Source of the DNA: Gordius albopunctatus
Lineage: Eukaryota
Length of the DNA: 64,000 nt
Reading direction: 5' to 3'
Assembly: GCA_964276515.1 (NCBI GenBank)
Contig: OZ193909.1
Span: 7,316,001 to 7,380,000 of the forward strand
The position numbers and the translations under genes are program-made. The notes under the pieces are model-generated. The model was not told where the DNA came from, did no database searches, and saw only the letters and a program-made list of their open reading frames with translations. Shown here in pieces: positions 1 to 10,441 of the stretch (position 1 is its first letter; every line of letters starts with the position of its first letter).

Positions 1-1
1 G

Positions 2-292
2 ATTCTTGAAGCATCCGTCACCATGGCACAAGGACCTAATCAAAGTGGTCAAAGATGGGATCTAATAACTATAACTGGTGACCTAAACGCCGATGATCGA
101 TCTTTAAGCCTCGTGGTAATTGAAATCCATTTCAATTCATTTGTCCTTGTTTTTAATTCGAAAATCTTTTTAAGAACTAAAACAATTAATAGGCAATAAT
201 AGATGTTAATAAAATTTATTTAGCTCACACCAGTTTCTCCCACAAATCGAAGAGGCTCTTTGATTAGATCAAGCCGCTTAACAGGAATATAA
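2..292 (+). CDS. Last two coding exons (2-115, 224-292) of an unidentified gene that begins upstream of the window
   Basis: Open frame ILEASVTMAQGPNQSGQRWDLITITGDLNADDRSLSLV, donor GTAATT at 116, acceptor TTTAG ending at 223, then in-phase LTPVSPTNRRGSLIRSSRLTGI-stop (TAA 290-292). Higher GC than the flanks. No homology recognised. Confidence 0.55.
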
Positions 293-956
293 TATATGGA
301 TGGTCATTTTAATATATATTTCTTGATTGCGAATTTTGTTTTATTAGCATGTTATACAAATAAATTTCAAGAAAATATAATGACTTGGTGATTTTGCATA
401 TATTAAAGGAGTTTAGAAAAATTGACTAGGATAAATTGTCGCAATATAATTGTGACTGGACAATTATAGTTAAGATCATCCTGAGGGATCGTTTTAATTG
501 TCCCTTTTTAAACACCTTTGCAAATTTAACAATAAAAATAAAAAATAAGTATTTGTGCAAGACGAACTAAATAAATATTCAAAAAATCTGTACAATCTTT
601 ATAACATGACAGTTGTTATTAATCATAGAACACTTATACAATTATATACACAAATCACGAGTGAATATTAATTAATGTTTTGGTTTTTATAAAAGAATTA
701 ATACTAATTATAAATATTAATTTCACATTTTGATTGGTAAATATCAATTAAATATCCATCTTTTTTTGTAATTAAATCGATTTAATTGCATATTCGAGAG
801 AAAAAATAAGTTATGAGAATGAACGAAACTGAAAATTCATTTGTGAGAACATAAATGAATTGGTGACATTTTCTAAACCCATTCAAAAATTTTAAACCTT
901 GCGCTCATTTTATTTATTGACGACCACATATACTTAAGAATTAAATTACAATAAAC

Positions 957-1929
957 TAGTGCTGGCTGTAAATGAACGCGTTCAAATTTTATAAACGCGT
1001 TCTTTTGGTGAACTTTGAACCTGAACGCGTTCCTTTTTTTGATAAACGCGTTCGAATTTAACGTTCGTTCAATTTTAAAAACCCTTTTTTGTTTTTATTT
1101 ATTTGAAAATTAATGTCAATCTGAATTTTTAACAAAAAAGTATTATATTTTTAATCAGCTGTTTTTATTCCGAAATACTTTTGACATATTATAACGTGCA
1201 AAAGAAGATAAGATTAAAGTTAATTATTATTAATTATAGTTTAATTTATAGGTTAATATGGACAATCATAATATTATATCGTCGTCATCTTCAGATTCTG
1301 AATATTCAAAATCAGCAGATGAATTGAAATTTCCATGGCCAAAGTGAAATAAATATTTTTCACTCATTTCATATAAAGGACCAAATTCAATAATTACTAA
1401 ATGTAAAAAAGAATAAACTTTTAGTTTTATTAAAAAAAGGGATTGAAACCCCTAGAATTGATAATGAAAGAGCTGTCAATTGCGAGATATCATTTTTTGG
1501 CGAGGAAGTAGAATGCGCATTGAAGGATGATATCTTGTCGCAATTTTTTGAAGCGAGGGACAAAACATTAAAAGTTTTTAATAAAATTCCTCCTTTAAAA
1601 AATTTGTTTATTAAGTATAATACTCCAATCACCTCATCTGCCCCTGTGGAGCAGGTTTTTAGTAAAGCTAATGCTGTATTAACTGCCAAACGTTCCTGCT
1701 TATCAGAATACAATTTTGAAAAACAATTATTATTAAAAATAAATAAGAAAATAGATTATATTGATTTATAATTATATTGTCGAAATAAAACTATTATTTT
1801 TTATCATGGCTATTTATTGTATTAAAAAATATAAGACATTTATTTATATTAAACTTTAAAAAAATATATCATAAAATTTTGAACGAACGTTGAACGCGTT
1901 CGATTTTTTTACAAATGTTTACAGCACTA
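957..1929 (+). mobile_element. Internally deleted non-autonomous hAT DNA transposon
   Basis: TIRs TAGTGCTG(GCTG)TAAA / TTTACAGCACTA; perfect 8-bp TSD CAATAAAC (949-956, 1930-1937); subterminal AACGCGTTC repeats at both ends. ORF 1520-1771 resembles the hAT C-terminal dimerisation region (LFIKYNTPITSSAPVEQVFS...LSEYNFEKQLLLK). Confidence 0.9.
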
Positions 1930-1987
1930 CAATAAACTAAATATATTATTAAAAATTGTTAAAACTTTGTAAAACGTACTTTCGTAA

Positions 1988-2140
1988 ATGGGCATAGCGA
2001 GTATTCAATTTAAGGGGGGGGGGCAATAATTATAGGGAGGGATAAAATGATAATTTTTTAAAATTTTAGCCAATTATTATATTAAATTTTATAATATTTT
2101 TGGATTTAGAGGGGGTAGCCACCCTCTGTCTACGCCCATG
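1988..2140. mobile_element. MITE of the CATGGGCGTAGCC family (about 155 bp, poly-G tract)
   Basis: Termini ATGGGCATAGC / TCTACGCCCATG; body alignable by eye with the TSD-flanked copy at 10707-10870. Confidence 0.8.
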
Positions 2141-2715
2141 CAAAGAATCATTCAAAAAAATATAGTTAATTGAAATGAGCTAAATTGTGCAATTTACACA
2201 AATTATTACTACATGGCTAAGACAAAAGCAATTTAAGCCATGATTTTTACTAATTTTTTTTTGCCTTTGTGGGCAAAAAGCTCACCTTCTATTTTTAATT
2301 TATCTTCAACTCTTAATATTTTTCGGTTTCCCATGATATACTTGATCCATTCAAGTGCGTGCTAATGATTATTTAGACGGTAGAATATACCAGAAATCAA
2401 AGAGATGAGATGTTATCTAAGGATTTATTTAATCATAGATTAATAATTTTAAAAAAAAGTTACCAAAGCCCATCTTTTCCGTATAAAAATTCGGTGGAAA
2501 TCTGCTTTTTTTCTTCCAGATTCCTGCACAATAATGGTTGTTTTCCAATAAATCCCTGTCCAACTCCTAACAATACATTGATTGTCGAGTGACAATTTTG
2601 CGAGAGTCTTCAACATTATTTTAACCTATCTAAAGTAGTTTCCAAGCAATTCGTTAGCATGATAGAAAACGTGAATGTGCCATTCCATGCCAAAGCTTTG
2701 ACGTCTATTTATGCG

Positions 2716-2816
2716 AACAAGAAAAACAGACCAAAAAATCTTTGGTTTCTGTATTTTTAGGCGACTAAAACCAAAGGCCAACCAGACAAAACCCCCCAGC
2801 ACATTTGACAACACTA
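2716..2816. mobile_element. 3' half of a TAGTGTTG-terminated MITE
   Basis: Ends ...CAAAACCCCCCAGCACATTTGACAACACTA; shares AAGAAAAACAGACCAA-AAATCTTTGGTTT...CGACTAAAACCAAAGG with 27719-27780. Confidence 0.7.
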
Positions 2817-3867
2817 TGCATGACAAATCCGAACATTTTCGCTCAACCATAAGTTCTAAAATTTTTTGGTAAGTATGCAGATCTCATATATTGTAGATTG
2901 TAAAATTTCTAGCTATTTTGGGTCAATACTTTTTGGAATTATGAACGTTCAAAAAAATCATGTTCGGGTGTATTTGACTAGTTTGTCTAAATTATTGGTC
3001 CTACCTTCTTAAATTTTAGAATACTTTAAGTAAAGAAAAAATTATAACAAAAAAGAGTTTTTAATATGCAAGTCAATCGTTAGGATTTTTTAAAAAGAAT
3101 ATATAAGTGCCAGTGGTGTGGAATCGATATTTGCTGCAAAATTAAACGCATACATATCATAATTCTTATATTGATATCCATACAATTATAAAAGCAAGTG
3201 AGCTTTTATAACATAGAGAAATTAATTAGATAAGACTCGAAAAATATGCAACTTTAATGAAAATATTCCGTTAAAAATTAAAATGTATATAATCTTTTAC
3301 AAAAAATTTGATCATTCAGTCAAAGAAAATATCCCGCACACAACTAAAACAAGAAGCTCAATGCCCACCAAATTATTTTCAAAAGCAGACAAAAAATATT
3401 AATTTATAAGTGATGACCAGCATAACATGCGATATGAGAAGTGTAGAAAATAATTATAACATAACAACACTCACAACAATTTCTCATAATATAATTAATA
3501 GCTCAAGTCTAGAGGCAACGGCAACTTTTGCCAAAAAACAAATTATTTTAATATCACTCACAAATATGTTTTAAAAATAATCCTTTTGCCCTATCCGTGC
3601 CTGCAAGCACCTTTTGAAGAACATGGATTAAATCAAAATGCTACAATGAGATTACTGGGCTGATATTAGTTTCACTAAGTGTATTAAAATGCAAACTGTT
3701 TGAAAAATCATAGTTCTCCATCAATAATCGTTTCTTCGCTTTAAAAAATCAGTCATGTAATATAAGAATTTCCAACAAAGTTATTACAAACCTTCCCTTT
3801 ATTTTACACGTGGTAGGCTTAACATATACAATACAACAATTTATAAAATCCCCCTCAAAAATCAATA

Positions 3868-6800
3868 TCAATCTTCAGGATTTTGTTTAGCGACTTCTCG
3901 CTTCGCAAATTCCTCGAGATCGGCCAGGGTCAATGGGTGAGGGGGAAGCCCAGTTATTTCTTCTTGCGCCTGCATTTTGGCTATAACATCGTCAATATTT
4001 CGAAACTTTTGCTCGATTTCCAAGTGTTTATGATACGTGGGCAAATCTTGATAAACCTTCGCCTTGGGTCTGCGAGCCTTGTACAGCTTACCGCCGGTGT
4101 AAATATCTTCGAAATCGAGAACTTCTTTGCCGTAGTCAATTTCGGATGCGGTGCGAACCGTGAGAGGGGCCGTGGGCGATGCTAGTAAAACGGGTAGAAA
4201 TTCGCGTTCGGGCGAAAACTCTACTACGTGTAGCCGCATGCGATCCGCCAATTGCTGGTACGTTTCCTGCAGTAAACCGTTAGCATTATATAATATCACA
4301 TATTTTATAGATTATTTATAAAAGCCGTTGAAATAAGGGTTAAAAAAGAACATATGGCCTGCTATATTTAGGAGCATATTGATATAAATCATTTTACGAA
4401 CCTTACAAATGGGGAAAAGGAGACAATATTAATGAATTCTATTAAACACAAAAAGTAAGTTAAGGTTGTACTATTCAAGAAAACAGGCATCGATTATCAA
4501 GCTAGGATTTATGCAATAAAACATTTGTGCTGGAAAGAACCTTTAAAATACAAATTAATCCCATAAAGCTATTTATCCAAATTTAAAATAAATATGCTTT
4601 TGCAAACTTGTTTTGCTAGCATTTGGATGGCGCATCGCGTAATGTTGTGGTAATTTTTGAAGGAACCCTCAACTTTGGCGTATATATCCTTGATTCCAGC
4701 AACCTCACATATCGATTTTATAACCCTGTGTGCAACAATGCCGGTGCCTTAAACATTTAAACAAATACATATTTCCATTTTATGGTAAAAAAATCATAAA
4801 TGAGATTAAATATAAAGTAGATCCTATAGCAATAATTGTCTATATGATATGAAAAAGGTTAAAAATTTGTGTAATGACAGAAAGATAGTATTATTTCGAC
4901 AATTTCATATTAAAAATTACCTGGAGGCCGACTGAACATGTAGATCTTGGTGGCAAATTCGCTTCCATACAGAGTATGATAAACTGTTTCAAGTAGAAAG
5001 ATTTTACAAGTTAACAATCATCCCCTTTATAATAATTTATTAAAAATTTTGATAAATTAGTATAATTCCAATCAACTTGTTCTATTATCGTGCCGTTCGA
5101 CGTATATCAAATGCTTTGCAGCCTTGTTCTTCGCCTTCCGCAAAGCCACCTTGCCTTCGGGTGCTTTCCCAAATGCCCATCCTTAAGCAATTAAGAAATA
5201 ATATAAATCTTAATAAATCAACCAATCACATCAACTGACTGAATTTCTTGAGAGTGCTTATAGTTAGATTGATGCTATCATCATTTTTAAACTAAGCGCG
5301 TGTAAAGAGGCTAGCTTACAATCAGTTTTTATTGAAAATCGAGGCAATATACACTGATGAACTACACGGCTTGCGGATGGGTCTAAAAGGCAGGCCGGTT
5401 GATACATCTTTTTAATTAAAGAATATTAATGGTGGGGCTTTAAGGTAACCGAGAGAACTCAAGCACGGATTATAAGGCCCGGCTTTCATTTGTGAATTAT
5501 AATGTAAACTAAAAATCATGTGCCTCTTTTATCACGTTTCCAAGTGTAATATTTTTCCTACATCATTTATTCATAAAATTGGTTATAATTACTGAATCCC
5601 GAGTTTTGACTTTTGAAGGTTGATTTGATGATATATTTTACCTTGCATAAACTTTCTAAAATTTAATTTTGGCATATATGGTTTTATGCCGGGTTACATG
5701 TGACAGAATGACAGGTCGTTTGTTGGGCGAAATAAAAACCCGTTTAAGGCCGAATAATATTTAAAAAAAAATACATTATTATCATCAATCAATTTAAAAA
5801 ATCTAGTTATTTGCAAAAGCTGCAAAATTTCGGGATGGGCTTGAGCCTTGTAAAAAAGTGGGACCCGGGCGTATAATTCATAATCTCGCGAGTGAATATT
5901 TTTAATTTTTCGTATGGGCAGACCAAATAGCTAAAAAAACCTTTGCAAATCTCTAATATACACACAAACATAGTAAAATGAATGATTTTTATATATATAA
6001 AATTTAGTTTAAATAAGCTACAATCAGGTGTTAAAATATGATATACTTATTTATTATTTTTTAGACATTAAAAAAACAAAGATTATGGGTTAAAAAGCAT
6101 CAAAAATATTGCCAAGCACAACTGTGGGACTTAAGATTTATACTACATATACAAACGATAAAATAAAGCTTGTTTGAAAATTTATATTTAAGATCCTATC
6201 ACTAAGCACATATATAAACTTTTCAACCCCCAGGTCTGAAGCATCTAACTCTCTAGGCATAAGATTATATAAAACGAGGATTAACCGATTAAGCCATTGT
6301 GGTTCCCCGTGATGACAATACAACTGAAAGTTCTTTTGCGCCCCAAATTCCCTGTCATATGGCAAACTATTCGCATTTTTAGGATACGAGAGTCGAAACC
6401 CTTAAAATCGTACTCCAGTGTGGGGTCTGGTGGACCCAATTTACGACCACCCATAATTCCCCCTGACCAGCCTCGTTCCATGGCTGACAATTTCAATGGC
6501 CGAAAACGGTATATCTTATCTCTTAAAAATCAAACAGCAGAAAATAAAAAATATATGGTGTGTGCATTTTAATCATTTTTATATGTTTAGATTACCTATT
6601 TTTCAATTTATATGAATTTTGATTTATAACTTTTTAATTTACATTGAAGATTATTTATAAAATAAAAATGCTGTTAGTCTCAAATTAACAAAGTTTATCC
6701 CATATTTCTACCACTCTGAAGAATATGAAATTGAAAATTTTTGTCATATTCATTATAAAAAAATAGTTAGAAAATCTATGGTTTCAAGTATTCAAGTCAT

Positions 6801-7485
6801 GGTTAATAATCTTCAAATAAATGAGATGTTTAGCCCCATAATATAATAATAAACCAACATAAAAATTTTATTTTAATAAAGCACCTAAATTAAAATATTA
6901 GTCATGATTGCATTTTTTATAATAAATTTTTCCAAGAATATTGTTAAAAAATTACTATAACAATAATTTATATAGATAGTAATTTAATATGATTTATAAC
7001 ACTCAATTATACTTAAATTGCAATTCTTTAAAATGAGATCATTTATTTTTAATAAAAATAACCTTAATTCATGCAAACGTTTCTCCCTTTCTGGATCATC
7101 AGGAAGTTCTTTTAATCTCAACATTTGTTGCCCTTCAGTTATGGGTGCATTTAAACCTGGCCATCTCATATTTTTTCTACCTAAAAATCAGTACGATAAA
7201 TTAAATAATTGTGATTACCAACGCCTAATATTTGCCCCCTGTTAAGATCTCTAATTATACGTCTATTTTTCCCTTTTCCTCGACCTCTCTTCTTTCCAGC
7301 AGGACTTACACTAGTAACTCCCTTCCATAATTCAGGTGCCGTAACTAACTGATATAAAAAATAACTGATTGTTAATTACGATGTAGGAAAAAATTATCTC
7401 TGTATAGTGATGTAGTGTGAATATACGAATCAAAGTTTGGTCTTGGGAGAGGTTTAAGAAATTGTGAAAAAATTTTAAAAAGCAT
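3868..7485 (-). CDS. MRPS5: Mitochondrial small ribosomal subunit protein uS5m (28S ribosomal protein S5), 8 exons, 430 aa
   Basis: Exons 7485-7380, 7344-7219, 7180-7063, 6521-6286, 5181-5077, 4983-4921, 4747-4608, 4266-3868 join in frame (1293 nt, all GT-AG). Recognisable motifs: LTAPELWKG..AGKKRGRGK..DLNRGQILG, ERGWSGG..GGRKLGPPDP, MTGNLGRKR..VITGNHNG, AHRVIKSICEVAGIKDIYAKVEGS, QETYQQLADRMRLHVVE. Confidence 0.96.
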
Positions 7486-7764
7486 GTTAGGCTTTTTATT
7501 CAATCGGCCATTTGGCTACATTGTCAATCTTAAATGATCTTATGAATTATTTGAATTTGCATGGTTCATTTTAATCGATTGACTATGGTAAAATAATGCA
7601 CAAGTGGCACCATAAGCCTCACACGCCTTTCTGCATTAAAAATACCTCTCTCCTTAAATATTATAAGCTTGCAAAGAGTTGTTACATATTTCATGCGATT
7701 CCAATCTCAAATTAATTAAGTCAATCAATCAATTCTTCATTGATCTATAGTATAGTTTATTTAA

Positions 7765-8073
7765 TAGTCTTGTGCCAGGCTTTCACACGGATTTAATAGT
7801 ATGTGGAACACATATACACATAACCCTAAGGATATAATAAAATTTCGGCTACCCCTCTCTATCTTTAGGTCATACAATATTTATCAAGCATTAAATTAAC
7901 GAGATTTTCATTCAGGGTTGATTCATAAATTTAGAAAACTAAGTTTAAAGAGAAGGAGGTTCAGTAGAGAATAAGGAGCCTTCGTGCATGTATAACTATT
8001 TACAAAAATCTTTAGCGATCGTACAAAGGGGAATCATTATGGGCTCTACCAATCTAAACATTTATTAATAGAT
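7765..8073 (+). repeat. Possible non-autonomous Helitron/HINE-like repeat
   Basis: Start TAGTCTTGTGCCAGGCTTTCACACGG and end AAACATTTATTAATAGAT loosely resemble invertebrate HINE termini. Single copy in the window, so resemblance only. Confidence 0.25.
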
Positions 8074-8264
8074 TATAAATGTCTCGACACCATCCAAGAA
8101 TAATAATTCTTAAAAATAACTCAACTCCCCATTTAAAATAAAAGACAAAACATAAAGAATTTTCTTAATATAAATTTATTGATTTTAAAAAAATTATCAG
8201 TACACGTTGAATAAGAATGAATGTAAGTAATCTTGTATATTTCAAAAGTTACGAAACATTCCAT

Positions 8265-8450
8265 ACATTAGAGTACAACCTAAGCCCCACCGTATGATTC
8301 TCATCTCCGTGGCTTGTAATAACTTTTATTCCGTAGCGTGAAATGCCCATGTTTCACTTCCATAGAGTAACACCGGTATGACGATGAATTTGTAAGCTTT
8401 GTTCTTTAACCATTTTAGCAACTTCTTGTCGCACACGATGGTTCTAAGTC
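8265..8450 (-). mobile_element. Diverged RTE LINE fragment (C-terminal region, related to family B)
   Basis: Minus-strand translation VCDKKLLKWLKNKAYKFIVIPVLLYGSETWAFHATE*KLLQATEMRIIRWGLG parallels ORF 9652-10128. Confidence 0.85.
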
Positions 8451-8840
8451 CGTATGCAAAATGCTGTATGTAGAAACGCTCTCTAAAAGCATGATAAGAA
8501 TGTCAGAAGGGAGAGTCCCATTCGGGATATCCCCCTATCTCTTGCTTTATTTATTAATATTTCCTTATGTAAATATTATAATAGCGATATGCGATAAAAA
8601 GGTTTACAAAATATTTCATGTATCGCGAGAAATTTTCCAAGCCAACGAGGGTCAGGGGTTCAGTAAGACACGAGGGGGGAAACGATGAAGAGTGTGAAAT
8701 AGGGTCATGAATTATACTAAGATTCTTAGACTACTTCACGGTCTTTATGTTTGGCAAACCCCTTGCTGTTCTTGCCGCGTGGAAAGGTTCGAGCGAGTCC
8801 AATGTACCATTCTTCCAAGTTGCATGTCATCGAAGAACGG

Positions 8841-9312
8841 TTAACGGGAGGGGAAATCGGCCGGATTTTTGTCAGTCGGGACCCATTGGAGGTTTTGTTT
8901 GATTTTAATCATGTGGTCGAGACCCATGACCTCACAAATCCTGGTGAATGCGCATTCTAAGTGCGGTGCGTGGGCACTACCCTTTTTTACTATATAGAAG
9001 GCAGTACGAGAGTCCGTCAGGATCTTGGGATTGCAGTGGGGGTTTCAACCGCTGCCTTGATGTAAGCCAGAGGGATCGCCACCAGCTCCAATAAGTTGAT
9101 GGTTGGGATGAGGTTGTGAACTGCGAAAATGGCGAGCGCATCACCCTTGGAAATAGAGAGGACGGAGCTCGATAAAATAAACCAATGTGTGACAGCGAGG
9201 CATACCCAGCAGTGAAGCCGTTAGTGTCGTGCCTCATGCGGAAGGCGGAGGAGAGGTGTCGCTGGATCAGGAGAATCTTTCGAATGAGCAAGTCCATGTG
9301 GAATTCGATGGG
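8841..9312 (-). pseudogene. Frameshifted retroelement RNase H domain of DIRS1/hepadnavirus type
   Basis: Across frameshifts on the minus strand: G(Y)ASLSHIG...TINLLELVAI...KILTDSRTAFYIVKKGS...LQWVPTDKNPADFPSR-stop. Follows the D-E-D-D order of DIRS1-type RNase H; first Asp apparently mutated to Tyr. GC-rich relative to the host. Confidence 0.75.
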
Positions 9313-10143
9313 ATCACGATAACGAGGGACATTCAAAAGCCATCGCCATGGTGTATGCTATATGCCGATGATATAGTACTATGCGAGGAAACAAGGGAGA
9401 AAGTATTCGAAGAAGACGAAAAGTGGTCAAAGCGCTTAGCTGGATATGGTTTAAAGGTCAACGATTGAAAAACGGTATTCATGGAAATGAACGGTACAGG
9501 CACCCCATCGCTGGATGACCATCTAAAGTACCCAAAAGTAGACAGGTTCACCTACCTCGGTTCGATGCTACATCAAGAGGGATGTTCCGCAACGGAAGTC
9601 AATTCCGGGATCCAAAAAGGATGGCTTAAATGGTGAAGTATATCCGGTGTAATGTGCGACAAGAAAATGCCAATATGCTTGAAAAACAAGGCTTACAAAT
9701 CCATCTTAAGACCGGTGTTACTCTATGGAAGAGAAACGTGGGCATTAAACACCACGGAAGGAAAGTTATTACAAGCCACAGAGATGAGAATGATACGGTG
9801 GAGCTTGGGGTATACTAAGCTCGACTATATGACAAATGACTTTCTCATGACAAAAATGGGTATTCAACCTATGGCGGAGATGATTAACAAAAATCGGCTA
9901 AGGTGGTATGGGCATATTCTAAGAAGGGATACGGATGACGTAAATCGAAAAGTACTGGACATGGGGTTACCGGGGAACAGAGGAACAGGACGACCCCGTG
10001 TCACGTGGAAAGGGCAAGTCGATAAAGTTATGGAAACTAAAGAGATTCGTCAAGACATGACACTCACCAGGTCAAGATGTAAGAAACTTATCAAAACAAA
10101 CCCCACCAATGTGGGACAAAATAACTGATAAAGAAGAAGAAGA
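9313..10143 (+). mobile_element. 5'-truncated RTE-clade LINE, family B
   Basis: PWCMLYADDIV RT motif, FTYLGS, LYGRETW, RLRWYGHILRR, GRPRVTW; stops and frameshifts; 3' hairpin CCCACCAATGTGGG and (GAA)n tail. Confidence 0.93.
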
Positions 10144-10441
10144 TTTGTTGTGCTCGATAATGGACTTAATCATCCTCTCCTCCATATTAATCATGTGTAC
10201 CAACATCTATCTTATTATTTTAAATCTAGGTATAATCTTTTAACTTTTTATGATAAATCACATAAAATTGTGGAAATGCTAAATTCTTTAATTCTACACA
10301 AGGCGACTCACGTCAAGTTGGCCAGTTGGATTACATATTAAAATGTTTTTCGTGGAATATTATTATACTAATAATCATATGGGAATTTATAAAATTTAAG
10401 GTTTAAAAGCTTAGAATGTTGAATTCGACTTTTATTGACTA

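Noticed and set aside
972..1070. CRISPR-like short repeats AACGCGTTC with variable spacers
   Set aside because: The repeats are only 9 bp, lie just inside a hAT TIR and recur at the other end; they are subterminal transposon motifs in a eukaryote with no cas genes in view.
2560..2712. Minus-strand peptide IDVKALAWNGTFTFSIML resembling the hAT DV-TRWNST-ML motif
   Set aside because: Too weak and gapped to call without a profile search; no matching TIR/TSD pair found.
3883..4185. Antisense ORFs overlapping real exons or TE ORFs (also 6297-6572, 15948-16343, 19835-20065, 24222-24554, 27457-27774, 44234-44605)
   Set aside because: Shadow frames of coding sequence on the opposite strand with no independent protein features.
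5353..5400. Hammerhead ribozyme core CTGATGA (also near 37473 and 58315)
   Set aside because: No stem II followed by GAAA and no stem III with a cleavage triplet.
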